Source of the DNA: Planctomycetales bacterium
Lineage (GTDB): Bacteria > 4484-113
Length of the DNA: 64,000 bases
NCBI GenBank assembly: GCA_037441675.1
Contig: JBBIRS010000002.1
Location: forward strand, 263,249 to 327,248
Reading direction: 5' to 3'
In this document: piece by piece, positions 19,691 through 30,204 of the stretch
Position numbering within the stretch: the first letter of the stretch is position 1
Layout of the letters: the number at the start of each line of letters is the position of its first letter
Notes under the pieces: generated by a model
Seen by the model: only the letters and a program-made list of their open reading frames with translations
The model's database searches: none
What the model was told of the DNA's origin: nothing
Position numbers and translations under genes: made by a program

Positions 19691-21130
19691 ATGTTAAACA
19701 CTCGTAGTAATTCTCGGAGCTTGTCTGCAACAATTGCGGAAAAGCTTACTCCTAGGGAGATAGTTGCGGAATTGGATAAATACATTGTGGGCCAGGACAA
19801 GGCGAAACGCGCAGTCGCTATCGCAATCCGCTCAAGATTTAGACGTTCAAAGGTCGGTGAGCATCTGAGAGACGAGATAATTCCAAAGAACATTTTGATG
19901 ATTGGGCCAACTGGTGTCGGCAAGACAGAGGTAGCAAGACGACTTGCCAAACTTATAAAGGCTCCATTTATCAAAGTTGAGGCTAGTAAATTTACCGAAG
20001 TTGGCTACGTTGGGCGAGACGTTGATTCTATCGTGCGTGATTTAGCGGAGATAGCCGTCAGGACGGTGCGGAATGAAAAGATGGAAGAGCTTTCAGTTAA
20101 TCTTATCGACAGCTCAATTTGGAGAATAGTAGATACTCTTCAACCAAAACCTTCAGGGCGACGTAGGTATCAAGAAACTTTAATTGAAACCTTTAACAAT
20201 TCTTCTGCTGCTGAAGGCACAGACTACGTGGAACAAATGGAACAGCTTAACCGAGTTCGCGAGAAACTTTTTGAAAGGATAAAAAGCGGAGCTATGGATA
20301 GTGAAAAGATTAAAGTTCAGGTGCCTGAATCTCATCCTCGCTTTATGCAGGTCTTTACATCTCAAGGCTTAGAAGAGTTAGGAATGAATCTTCAAGAGAT
20401 GTTTTCTGATATGGGAGCAATTAGACGGGTTGAACGAGAAGTTACCATTGAAGAGGCTAAAAGAATTTTCTTAGAGGAAGAAGTCAATAAAGAAATAGAC
20501 CAAGATAAAGTTATCTGGGAAGCAATTGAGCGGGTGGAGCAGGCTGGTATAGCCTTTATTGATGAGATTGATAAGATTGCGGGTAGTGAAAAGGCATCGG
20601 CTGGTCCAGATGTCTCTCGGGAAGGAGTTCAGAGAGATTTGCTTCCACTTGTTGAAGGAACAACAGTGATCACTAAGTATGGTCCAGTTAGAACAAACCA
20701 CATTTTGTTCATTGCGGCAGGCGCCTTCAACGTTAGTAAACCGAGCGACCTAATTCCAGAGTTTCAAGGAAGGTTCCCAATCCGTGTTGAATTTGAAAGC
20801 TTGACGAGGGAAGATTTTGAACGAATTCTCACGGAGCCTGAAAACTCGCTTACCAAACAGTACACTGAACTCCTAAGGGTGGACGGTGTAAACTTGATAT
20901 TTACACCAGATGGGATAAAAGCGATGGCTGAACTTGCGGAGAAGGCAAATAGCCTAATGGAAAATATTGGCGCTAGAAGGCTTTATACGATTATGGAAAA
21001 AACACTAGAAGAGGTTAGCTTCCTTGCACCTATGGATGCGCCGATTGAAGTAATCGTAGATCGTCCCTACGTTGAAAGGCAAGTTGGAGAAATTCTAGCT
21101 GAAAAAGAACTCGCAGAGTATATACTTTAG
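19691..21130 (+). CDS. hslU: ATP-dependent protease ATPase subunit HslU
   Basis: LTPREIVAELDKYIVGQ, GPTGVGKTE, TEVGYVGRDV, DEIDKI, GVQRDLLP, ENIGARRL, C-terminal YIL. Confidence 0.97.
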   Translation: MLNTRSNSRSLSATIAEKLTPREIVAELDKYIVGQDKAKRAVAIAIRSRFRRSKVGEHLRDEIIPKNILMIGPTGVGKTEVARRLAKLIKAPFIKVEASKFTEVGYVGRDVDSIVRDLAEIAVRTVRNEKMEELSVNLIDSSIWRIVDTLQPKPSGRRRYQETLIETFNNSSAAEGTDYVEQMEQLNRVREKLFERIKSGAMDSEKIKVQVPESHPRFMQVFTSQGLEELGMNLQEMFSDMGAIRRVEREVTIEEAKRIFLEEEVNKEIDQDKVIWEAIERVEQAGIAFIDEIDKIAGSEKASAGPDVSREGVQRDLLPLVEGTTVITKYGPVRTNHILFIAAGAFNVSKPSDLIPEFQGRFPIRVEFESLTREDFERILTEPENSLTKQYTELLRVDGVNLIFTPDGIKAMAELAEKANSLMENIGARRLYTIMEKTLEEVSFLAPMDAPIEVIVDRPYVERQVGEILAEKELAEYIL

Positions 21131-21386
21131 GAATTTATCGGCGAGGTGTTCAAGGCTCATAATTAGAATCGCCCTAAGCGCTAGTTAAAAGGAAAGACTT
21201 TTGTGGAAAACGTACTAACTGCCTAGTCCTACTTGAATACGCTAGATTTCTCAGTGAAAATGCTACCATTTATCTTAACTTATGTTGGAGAGGAGTATAA
21301 ATTCTGCTTTCATCAGAGAAAGCCAGAGAAGTAATAGGTAGTTGATAGATGAAATGGTTAATTCGTTACGCAAGGTTATCATGGTA

Positions 21387-22340
21387 TTAGGAGGGCTGTA
21401 GGATAGTTTCAAAGAAGTTTCGCAATGAGGTTAGGTAAACATCTCCACCAACGATGAAAACATCATTATGGGAAGCACCCTCTATCGCTACTATTTCCTT
21501 AGGTTCATCTGCAGACTTGTAAAGTTGGACACTGTGGCTTGGGGGAATGGTGGTATCTTTTGTGCCATAGATGATAAGAACGGGGCAGTGGATTTGGGAG
21601 ATCTTACCAATGTTATTGAACTGCGATTTCAAATACAAGCTAGGTGGAAGAATTGGAAGAGTGCGAAGGGCAATGCTCCTGGCATTCTTCATTGTGGCTT
21701 CAAGGATTAAGCCACCAACGGTAAATTTTGATGCAACCTCACAAGCAACTGCACCACCAAGGGATTCGCCCATTACGATTACTCTGTTTTCAGGAACTCC
21801 GCGAATACCGGTAAGATACCTATATGCGCAATATCCGTCCTTATATATACCATCCTCATTCGGTCTACCTTCACTTTTACCGTATCCGCGATAATCAATG
21901 ATGAAAACGTCAACACCGAGCTCTGACAGTAGTTTCAGCTTCTCAATTCTATCTGTGATATTTCCACCATTACCATGAAAGAGGAGAATTACCGCGAGAC
22001 TATCCTCTAGGTTTGAAGTAGAGTTTTTTCCTAAATCATCCCTTATGTTTTGGCTTGAATGTGACTTTCCGCTTTTATGGTTGTTATTTGCGTTTCTCAA
22101 TTCTTGGTTTTCAACTCTACCAGAATCTCTAGCATGCCTTTTTACGTACCATCCGTGAATTTTTATCCCATCCTCAGTTGTGAGAAATATGTCTTCAACA
22201 TTCAAGGAATATTTTGATGGCTCCCGGCGACCTAAGGGATATTTTGTTGGAAAGTAGATAAAGGAGTTTTCAAGTAAGCGAGCTCCAATAAGTAGAAGAA
22301 TATAAAGAGTTACAAGACAAATAACTGCGCTAATCAACAT
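21387..22340 (-). CDS. Membrane-anchored alpha/beta hydrolase (BEM46/ABHD13-like)
   Basis: N-terminal TM helix, HGNGGN, DYRGYGKSEG, GESLGG nucleophile elbow, GTKD, ASHND. Confidence 0.88.
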   Translation of the reverse strand: MLISAVICLVTLYILLLIGARLLENSFIYFPTKYPLGRREPSKYSLNVEDIFLTTEDGIKIHGWYVKRHARDSGRVENQELRNANNNHKSGKSHSSQNIRDDLGKNSTSNLEDSLAVILLFHGNGGNITDRIEKLKLLSELGVDVFIIDYRGYGKSEGRPNEDGIYKDGYCAYRYLTGIRGVPENRVIVMGESLGGAVACEVASKFTVGGLILEATMKNARSIALRTLPILPPSLYLKSQFNNIGKISQIHCPVLIIYGTKDTTIPPSHSVQLYKSADEPKEIVAIEGASHNDVFIVGGDVYLTSLRNFFETILQPS

Positions 22341-22562
22341 TCTTCCGATAGTATGGATTATAAACCTGCGACTATAAACTAATAGGAAACCTTATCAATT
22401 CTCTCGTAAAATTCATACTTACGTAGCAAGAGCATTGAAATAAAGAAAACGAAGGCTTAGAGGATAACTAAACGCTGAGCGGTGGCAAAAGGCAAAGGCT
22501 TGACTTTAAATGTAGAAGATTGTTAGGGAAGCTAAGCAAATGAGATAAAAAAGCCATAGGAG

Positions 22563-23456
22563 CTATTTCAAGTCTCCGCAAGCGTTAAAGATATCCTTGC
22601 ATCCCTTTGCAAGGCACAGTTTAACATGGAAAAGGGCTCTGTAAATTTCGTCATCTCCAAGAAGCTTTAAAATCCTATTCGGTTTCTCACCCTTTAAGTT
22701 AAGCTCCTCAAGTGTAACCGCAACTTTATTTTGTGCCTCCTCGCAGGTAACAGTCTCGGAAATATGGCTAACCGTCCAATCTCCTTCGTCCAATATGAGG
22801 TCGCTAAAAACATTGGGAGCGTGTTTCTTAATTTCTTTAAGTATCATTCCACAGATGCGCCTGATTTCCCACTGCGCTGATTTAGAGCATCTAAGCTTGA
22901 GAACGTGTCGCCACTCCCGAAAATTTCCCGAAATCACGATACCACTTTCTACAGCATTCGGCAGGACGAAGCGAGCATCCTCGTTTTTAAGCTTCAGTTC
23001 CTTCAGCTTACCGTATGCTCTTCTAGCCTGTTCAATCGCCTCTTGATAAACTTTCAGCGCCTCCTTGTGTTTACCAATCTTTGGTGGAAGTATTGCTCGA
23101 AATTCCGCTTCATTTACGAACCTTTGGCTCTGTTGAGAGAAGGACAATAGCCTATGTCTAACTTGCTCGTGGGTATAAGCCCTGCTTCCGCCGAGTACCC
23201 TAAAAGTGGCTGAAGCGTGCTCAAGAACGCTCTCGTGTCCTCTCAAAATTATTCCGCGAAGAAACCGTGCATTCTCCGCTGGTTCCATCTTCGCATGGCT
23301 TTGATAACATTCCCGCGCGCTCCTTTCAATATGTTCCTCAACCGTTCTAGCTTCACCGTCTATTGGCATTGTTATTCCAAGAAGAGTAACTTCTGGCTCA
23401 GTAATAAATTCTGTTAGGTTCTCCATCAATTTATCCAATGTGTTTACAGTCTCCAT
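22563..23456 (-). CDS. thyX: FAD-dependent thymidylate synthase ThyX with a C-terminal extension
   Basis: GHESVLEH, RHRLLSFSQQSQR motif, EDARFVLP, NFREWRH, AQWEIR. Confidence 0.95.
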   Translation of the reverse strand: METVNTLDKLMENLTEFITEPEVTLLGITMPIDGEARTVEEHIERSARECYQSHAKMEPAENARFLRGIILRGHESVLEHASATFRVLGGSRAYTHEQVRHRLLSFSQQSQRFVNEAEFRAILPPKIGKHKEALKVYQEAIEQARRAYGKLKELKLKNEDARFVLPNAVESGIVISGNFREWRHVLKLRCSKSAQWEIRRICGMILKEIKKHAPNVFSDLILDEGDWTVSHISETVTCEEAQNKVAVTLEELNLKGEKPNRILKLLGDDEIYRALFHVKLCLAKGCKDIFNACGDLK

Positions 23457-23631
23457 TTGGATTCAAAAATAGATTAGCACTTTTAAGAGTTTATGCATAA
23501 ATTTTCAGGGTTAACTATATGAGATTATATTTCAATTTATTTAATTTTTCTCAACAACGCGATTTTCGCGATTTTCCCCTTTCTCAGAAAGGTGAAATGG
23601 CTTAGGATTGTTAAGAAGTATAATCTTAGTG

Positions 23632-24840
23632 ATGAACCTATTAAACAAAGCAGTTATTTTAACCCTTATAACACTTAGCATTATTACAGCATCCTGTAAA
23701 CCTAGGGTAAAACCTGAGGATGGTAAAGGTGAGGCAAAAAAGACGGAAGCTGTTTCAACGACGCCAGCGCCTCATGTTGCCCAAGTGATTTTTCTGCCAC
23801 CACCAAAGAACGAATTATACCCAGAGCGGGAGCAACTTGCGGAAGCTTTTCGCAAATCTGCTGAAAGTACTTTTAACCAGGCGGGATGGCTATTTACGGA
23901 GCTAGATCTCTCCAAGATACTATTTACTAAGTGGGGAGAAGAAATAGCTAATGCGGTTGTGAAAAGAAAAGTTTTAGTTTTCACCTTTGGAGATGCTTAC
24001 GTTCCCTTTCTAAAAGAGCTCGCATGGGATAAGAGATTTAATCTAACAGTAGTAGTTGCCCTCACTTCACCTCTTGCCAAAACTTCTCCTAGAGTTGTTG
24101 AATTAAGCTTTAATGCTGAAGAAATCGGCTTCTTAGCTGGTATAATGGCTTCCCAGCTGACAGTTACTGGAAATGTAGCAGTTTTTGCCTTTAGCGATGA
24201 CTACTACAGCGATTTGATGGTGGCTGGGTTATCACAAGGCTTGTTGTTGGAGCGACGTGGGGCACACGTAAGAGATTTAAGAATATCCCGCCAGGATGCC
24301 GCTTCTCCTCAAAACAGTAAGAAGTTGGCATCACTTTTTGAGAATGCAAACAAGGGACTAGACCCTCGCTTCGGGATAGATGTTGTTGTTTCGTTCTTAG
24401 GCGCTCTAGGGGAGGAATTTATGCGTTCCCTTGCTGAAGGGGGAACGCCAGTCATTTCAAGTTTGGTTTACAGAGAGGAAAAGTCAAGAAAGGCTTTCGT
24501 AACATCGCTTCTTTACGATTTTTCATCTCTCCCAGCGTTCCTTGTCAAAAATGAACAGAAGCTACAGTTATTCAGAAATTACCCTTTAATTAAGGATGCT
24601 CAAATACCATCAAAAGGACAGACAACTGCCTCGCAGGTGGATTCGCAAGAACAAGAATACCCTAGTGGTCCAAGGGTATACCAAGTGGGGTTGAAGGATG
24701 GATTGATCACAACCTCTGGGTTTAGAGATTATCAGCGATTCCATTCTTTGCCAATTGACTTTCTAGAAACCCTGGACTATTACACTAAAGCCATTATAGC
24801 CGGCGAGATTAAGATTAAGAAGGAGCTCCCTGAGGATTAA
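23632..24840 (+). CDS. Lipoprotein, BMP/ABC substrate-binding-like (divergent)
   Basis: Lipobox ITASC; FNAEEIGFLAGIMASQLTVTGNVAVF resembles the BMP family; ends with AIIAGEIKI. Confidence 0.6.
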   Translation: MNLLNKAVILTLITLSIITASCKPRVKPEDGKGEAKKTEAVSTTPAPHVAQVIFLPPPKNELYPEREQLAEAFRKSAESTFNQAGWLFTELDLSKILFTKWGEEIANAVVKRKVLVFTFGDAYVPFLKELAWDKRFNLTVVVALTSPLAKTSPRVVELSFNAEEIGFLAGIMASQLTVTGNVAVFAFSDDYYSDLMVAGLSQGLLLERRGAHVRDLRISRQDAASPQNSKKLASLFENANKGLDPRFGIDVVVSFLGALGEEFMRSLAEGGTPVISSLVYREEKSRKAFVTSLLYDFSSLPAFLVKNEQKLQLFRNYPLIKDAQIPSKGQTTASQVDSQEQEYPSGPRVYQVGLKDGLITTSGFRDYQRFHSLPIDFLETLDYYTKAIIAGEIKIKKELPED

Positions 24841-25009
24841 ATTTAAGAATCGCAAACTTTGCAATCATTGGCTCTCATTAATGCTTTAGAGGTTCAGTAA
24901 CTCAAAGATTAATTGCTGGAATAGTCAACTAATTGATATAATCAAAGCTACATGAATATTCATTAAACTCTCTTATGCTCACTATCTTTAGTATCTCCCG
25001 GAGGAAGTA

Positions 25010-27091
25010 ATGGCAATTGAAGTATTTAAGAAGTTCAACGTTGCATTGATAGGTCATGGTGGAAGTGGAAAAACAACCTTTTCAGAGGCAGTTTTATACG
25101 CGCTTGGCTTGACGACACGGATGGGAAGAGTTGAGGATGGAAATACTGTTTCAGATTATACTCCCGAAGAAATTAAACGTCACCATAGTATTGCAACAAC
25201 AGTTCTACCTATTAGCTATCAAGGGTGCCACGTGAATATTTTAGATGTTCCAGGCTACCTTGATTTTGTGGGTGAAATGGTTAGCTCGCTTTCCGTGGTA
25301 GAGGGAACTTTCATTTTTGTAAATGCCTCAGCGGGTATTGAATCCCAAACCTACCGAGCCTGGACCTATTCCAGGGAAAGAGCTCTACCAAGCGGTTTCA
25401 TCATAAGCCAAATGGACAAGGAGAATACTGATTTTGTCAAGCTCGTCAACTCAATAAAGGATAGCTTTGGGAATAAGTGCGTTCCAATCTTTGCACCATA
25501 CTACAGCGGTGGAAAGCTGACTGGTTTGATAGATTTGATTAGCAAACAAGGCATTTCACGAGAATCTGGTAAATCAACCTCATTTGAAGTTCCGACCAAC
25601 ATATTAGAGAGTGTTGAACAGCTACGATTCAATTTAATTGAAGCGATTGTGGAACAGGATGATACTCTTTTTGAGAAGTATTTGGCTGAGGAAGAAATTC
25701 CCGAAGAGGGGCTGAGAAAAGCTCTCAGGAAAGGGGTATGCTCCTGTGAGATTTTCCCGATTTTCTGCATAAGCGCATTGAATTTCATAGGCATAGAACC
25801 CACCATTGATGCTATTGTAAATTACTTTCCGTCAGCTGACGAGCGAGGCAACATTACTGGAGTAGACCCAAACACAAAGAAACCTGCGGAGCGTCCACTC
25901 ATACCTGAAGCACCCTTTTGCGGTCGCGTTTTCAAGATTGTTAACGAACCACATGTAGGGGAGCTAAGCTATATTCGTATCTATTCGGGAAAATTAAGAC
26001 CTGGAGAAACGCTATATAATTCAACCACCCAAGAAACTGAAAAAATATCAGCTATTGCCCATATGCGAGGTAAGGAACGAAAAGATTTGACTGAGGCGAG
26101 TGCAGGCGACATAATCGCAACTGTCAAACTTAAGAACACGCATGTAGGTGATACTTTATGCGCTAAGGAACTTCCAATTTTATTGGACAGAATAATCTAT
26201 CCAAGACCTGTATCATTTGAGGCTATTGAGGTAGAAGATAAGAGTGTCCTTGAAAAGGTATCGACCGCACTGAATAAAGTTCATGAGGAGGACCCAACTC
26301 TATTAGTAGAGATGAACGAAGAAACGAGACAGTTAGTTGTTTATGGGATGGGAGAGCTTCACTTGCAAGTAGTTAGAGACAAAATTGCTGAGCGATATGG
26401 AGCAAAGATTGAATGGACTAAACCTAGAATACCCTACAAAGAAACTATAACTGGGACAGCGCAGGCTCAGGGGAAATATAAGAAACAGACTGGCGGGCGA
26501 GGACAGTATGGAGATGTATGGCTAAGGCTTGAGCCTTACTCCGAAGGGAACTTCAATTTCATAGACAAAGTGGTTGGTGGAGTTGTCCCAAGTAGGTTTA
26601 TTCCAGCAGTGGAAAAGGGCGTTTTGGAAACTATGGCAAATGGTGTTCTTGCTGGTTACCCTGTTACCGGTGTGCAAGTAACCCTTTATGATGGAAGCCA
26701 TCATAGTGTAGATTCAAGCGAGCTTGCCTTTAAGATTGCTGCTTCAATGGGCTTTAAGAAAGCGTTCAACGAAGCTAAACCCATTCTCCTAGAACCGATA
26801 TACCAACTTAAAATCTATATTCCCGAACAATTTGTGGGTGATGTTATGGGTGATCTAAATAGTAGGCGTGGTAGGGTTCAAAAGAGTAGTCCGTTGGGAA
26901 CAGCAAATATGCAAGTTATTGAGGCTTTAGTTCCCCTAGCAGAAGTCTATAAGTACATTAACACACTGAGGTCAATTACGCAGGGGTTAGGAAGCTACGA
27001 GATGGAGTTTAGCCACTATGAGGAAGTACCACCTCAAATTGCCAAGAGCATTATTGCAGGCGCAAAAAGAGAATACGAAATAGAAGAATGA
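25010..27091 (+). CDS. Elongation factor G paralogue (EF-G2-like)
   Basis: GHGGSGKTT, DVPGYLDF, GMGELHL, KKQTGGRGQYG, VDSSELAF, GDLNSRRG. Switch I (RHHSI) and G4 (SQMD) are divergent, and the gene is outside the str operon. Confidence 0.92.
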   Translation: MAIEVFKKFNVALIGHGGSGKTTFSEAVLYALGLTTRMGRVEDGNTVSDYTPEEIKRHHSIATTVLPISYQGCHVNILDVPGYLDFVGEMVSSLSVVEGTFIFVNASAGIESQTYRAWTYSRERALPSGFIISQMDKENTDFVKLVNSIKDSFGNKCVPIFAPYYSGGKLTGLIDLISKQGISRESGKSTSFEVPTNILESVEQLRFNLIEAIVEQDDTLFEKYLAEEEIPEEGLRKALRKGVCSCEIFPIFCISALNFIGIEPTIDAIVNYFPSADERGNITGVDPNTKKPAERPLIPEAPFCGRVFKIVNEPHVGELSYIRIYSGKLRPGETLYNSTTQETEKISAIAHMRGKERKDLTEASAGDIIATVKLKNTHVGDTLCAKELPILLDRIIYPRPVSFEAIEVEDKSVLEKVSTALNKVHEEDPTLLVEMNEETRQLVVYGMGELHLQVVRDKIAERYGAKIEWTKPRIPYKETITGTAQAQGKYKKQTGGRGQYGDVWLRLEPYSEGNFNFIDKVVGGVVPSRFIPAVEKGVLETMANGVLAGYPVTGVQVTLYDGSHHSVDSSELAFKIAASMGFKKAFNEAKPILLEPIYQLKIYIPEQFVGDVMGDLNSRRGRVQKSSPLGTANMQVIEALVPLAEVYKYINTLRSITQGLGSYEMEFSHYEEVPPQIAKSIIAGAKREYEIEE

Positions 27092-27165
27092 GTAAGCCTA
27101 AGCTCACTCATGCAAACTTAATGCAATTATTACAATAGCAGGTTGACCAGGACATTAGGCAACAT

Positions 27166-29340
27166 CTAGCTCATACTTGATAAGCGCTCTCTCATATCTC
27201 TAATAGCTTCATCCATTCTGGCAAGTTCCTCTTGCTTTTGCTCTTCCGTTAGCTCAGGATTATTCGCTATCATTTCTCGGTTCTTCTCCATATCTGCAAG
27301 CGCCTTACTTAGAGCTTCCTTCTCGGATATCTGACCGGTGGGCGGAGGAGAAGGGGAAGAAGTTGGGGCGGATGTCCCGGTTGATGGTGTAGCTTGAGGC
27401 TGAGTAGTTGTGGTTGATTGCTCCGATTGAGAAGTGCCTTGAGTTGTTGGACCTGAAGGCGTAAATGAAGGACGCTCAGCCCCGGGCTGAGTAGGCGGAC
27501 CAGGAGTTGATGGAATTTCAGTAGCGGGGGTAGTGGGTCGGTTTTGAGTGGGTCGCGGTGGAGGCTCTTTCCACTCAGTTGAGAACACGGGTTTTATAAG
27601 AGGAGCGGGAAGAATGTTCTCACCATTCGTATTTAGAATATACCTAGCTTCTTCCGAACTAACCTCCGAAATGGAGAGGGTCGCTGGATTGTCCACAGCT
27701 TCCTTGATTTTGAAGATTATCCTAGCCAGGGTTCCATCACCCTTTGGGGTTTCTAACGCTTCAGTTGCAATCGCAAAAGTGACTCGACCTTTACTTCCTG
27801 GCGGTTCAGCAAAGTAGATACTGTTCTGTGCGCTGGACGGGAAGAAGTTACCAATTTCTGCTATCTTGAAGGACATTTTTGTTGCATCAAAGTTGATTGT
27901 GAAAAGCCCCTTATAGAAGGCTGGGATATTTTCTCCCCTTAGTTCAACAACGAGAAAATCATCCTCGTTTAACTTCCGCGATATATTCCAAACTAGGGAG
28001 GTCTTGGGCTGAGGTTCGGTAACCGTTACTGGAAGAGAGCGCTCCTCAGTAACCTCGTTTCCCTTGTTGTCCAACGCAACCAACCGTATAGAGTAACCAC
28101 CAACCTTTTCTGGTTTCCAAAGGACAAACGGTTGGTCTGTTTCAAACTTAACCAACGAGGGTTCTTGGTTCGCCTCTTCCGCCTTTTCTGATTCTTTCTC
28201 AACACTCTCTTCAACTTCAACTAACCTACCGGTGCCTGGCGCCGGCTTGAAGCCTTCAAATTCTTCCTTCTCCTTTTGAACTTCCTCTACTTTTTTATCC
28301 ACTTCCGCGCCGGCTCCCGCTGTTTCTTCAGCTTCCTTAGATTTACTTGAGCCATCTTCTGTTGCGGTTTCCGAAGCAGCGTTCTCACTCGGCGTTTCCT
28401 CAGTGGTTTTTTCTGTATCCTCGTTTTCCGCCTCAACCTTAACCTTTGGCTGAGGTTCCGGCCAGTTATCCTCCAATTCCTCGCTTCCAGAATCCACTTC
28501 ACCTAGAACAGCGAATCTCAATAGAGGCAGGCGAAACGCATATCTTGCATACTTAATTTCTGGCTCGGTTTTTTCTTCTGTGTTAGAGCTAGCACCAGTA
28601 GCGGATGTTGAAGTTCCATCAGTAGAAGTGGATTCAGAGGGCTTTTCCGAAACTCCACTCTCTTTAACGTTTGATTCCTCGCTGCTATTATTAGCAGTGT
28701 TTTCGCTACTCTCCTTGCTAGTTGCATTACTATCGGATGTGGGTTTGGCGCCATTCGGTTGTTCTGCTGTTGGAGTGGAAACACTAGGAGCTTGTGCTTT
28801 CGCTTTCTCCTTAGACGGAGTTGGCAGGCTACTCAAGGTCGGTTTAGCTGGAGGCGCACCCTCACTTGCAGTCGGTTGTGCTTGACTTTCACCACCAGTA
28901 GCTTCAGAAGTAGTGGTTTCCGTCGTTTTTGCCAATCCTTTATTGGATTTTAACTCCTCGATATAGGAGAGGATATCACTTCGCATTCCTTCCGGGACTT
29001 GCGAGAATGTTCCACTTTCTGCTGTCCATCTGTAAGTTAAATCACGATTCTCTGGATTATCTACCACAGCTACAATTGGATAAGTTTCACCGGGCAACAT
29101 CTCGTTTGTTTTCGTCGCCACAATCATTATGGTGATAGGCGGACGATAATTCTCTTGAGGAAACTCCTGGGAACTACCGGTTGATGCTTGCCTAGAGCGG
29201 GTTGCACTTTGGTAATCTCTCTCAAAGGATGGGTTGGTTGAAACGTTTGAGCTTGTACTAGTACAAGCTACTATTAACAAACTGGCAAGGCTAAATAGAC
29301 CGGAAAGGCTCCAGATTTTTAAGCTTCTTTGTTTTTGCAT
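27166..29340 (-). CDS. Surface lipoprotein: split Ig-like domain, long low-complexity linker, cohesin-like domain, P/T-rich linker, helical tail
   Basis: Lipobox LIVAC. Cohesin-like segment at about 27610-27970 (FLVVELRGEN..FTINFDATKMSF..GRVTFAI..GDGTLARIIFKIK..LSIS..NTNG). GGAG SD before ATG 29340. Confidence 0.7.
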   Translation of the reverse strand: MQKQRSLKIWSLSGLFSLASLLIVACTSTSSNVSTNPSFERDYQSATRSRQASTGSSQEFPQENYRPPITIMIVATKTNEMLPGETYPIVAVVDNPENRDLTYRWTAESGTFSQVPEGMRSDILSYIEELKSNKGLAKTTETTTSEATGGESQAQPTASEGAPPAKPTLSSLPTPSKEKAKAQAPSVSTPTAEQPNGAKPTSDSNATSKESSENTANNSSEESNVKESGVSEKPSESTSTDGTSTSATGASSNTEEKTEPEIKYARYAFRLPLLRFAVLGEVDSGSEELEDNWPEPQPKVKVEAENEDTEKTTEETPSENAASETATEDGSSKSKEAEETAGAGAEVDKKVEEVQKEKEEFEGFKPAPGTGRLVEVEESVEKESEKAEEANQEPSLVKFETDQPFVLWKPEKVGGYSIRLVALDNKGNEVTEERSLPVTVTEPQPKTSLVWNISRKLNEDDFLVVELRGENIPAFYKGLFTINFDATKMSFKIAEIGNFFPSSAQNSIYFAEPPGSKGRVTFAIATEALETPKGDGTLARIIFKIKEAVDNPATLSISEVSSEEARYILNTNGENILPAPLIKPVFSTEWKEPPPRPTQNRPTTPATEIPSTPGPPTQPGAERPSFTPSGPTTQGTSQSEQSTTTTQPQATPSTGTSAPTSSPSPPPTGQISEKEALSKALADMEKNREMIANNPELTEEQKQEELARMDEAIRDMRERLSSMS

Positions 29341-29571
29341 ACTTAGCTCTCCAGAATTATGCTTCAAGAATAAGTCTACCATTAGAAAAGACTGATTTCA
29401 ACCCAAATTGTTCAAGATGATGCCCCAAGGGAAAAATCCCTCAATACTTTAGTTAGCTAAGCCACGAAAGCTATTATGTTAAGAGAAAATAAACAAAAAG
29501 AATACTGTTCTGGAAACTATCCTAGATGGGTCTGTTCTGTTAGAATTACTAGAACAAAAAGGAGGTCCATA

Positions 29572-30204
29572 ATGATAGAATCGGAAATAGAGTATGCTCT
29601 TGCGAATATAGATTTTGACGAAATACTAGATCGGATTACTAATTGGGAGAAACTGAAGCTCATAAAGCGCGGAATGACACATGTAAAGGATATGTATTTG
29701 GATACCGACAGTTTTCATCTTTACGAGCGTAATTGCACTCTACGAGTGAGATTAAAATTGGAGGATATTTACCAAGGTTCACAAATTAGACTCACATTTA
29801 AGTCTCCCCTAAGAGAGCATCCAATAATGCTAGTGAGAGATGAGATGAAGATGAAACTTCTCGCTGATGATTTCGGAATTGTTGGCGAGTTTTTTGGAAA
29901 AATGTCGTCTAATTTAGTGAATGAGGAGCTCTCTTACAAACTCATCATTGAGGAAACCTCTAAAGAAGCTCACCTTGGCCAGGAAGGGAAAAAACTAAAC
30001 GTTTCCTTTGACCAGGTTAGATTCATATCACTACTTGAGCCTGAAAGAGTAATTAGCGAGAACTTTTTTGAAATTGAGGACCACGGTATTGGCGAAGATC
30101 TACTTCTTGAGATTGGAAAGAAACTTGAAAGCACGTATAACCTTGTTCCTTGTTTGGAAACTAAATACCGACGAGGATTAAGGCTTCTAGGAATATTGTC
30201 GTAG
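29572..30204 (+). CDS. CYTH-domain (triphosphate tunnel metalloenzyme) protein
   Basis: ESEIE, DMYLDT, TLRVR, LTFKSP, RDE, SFDQV, FEIE, KYRRGL. GGAGG SD before ATG 29572. Confidence 0.75.
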   Translation: MIESEIEYALANIDFDEILDRITNWEKLKLIKRGMTHVKDMYLDTDSFHLYERNCTLRVRLKLEDIYQGSQIRLTFKSPLREHPIMLVRDEMKMKLLADDFGIVGEFFGKMSSNLVNEELSYKLIIEETSKEAHLGQEGKKLNVSFDQVRFISLLEPERVISENFFEIEDHGIGEDLLLEIGKKLESTYNLVPCLETKYRRGLRLLGILS

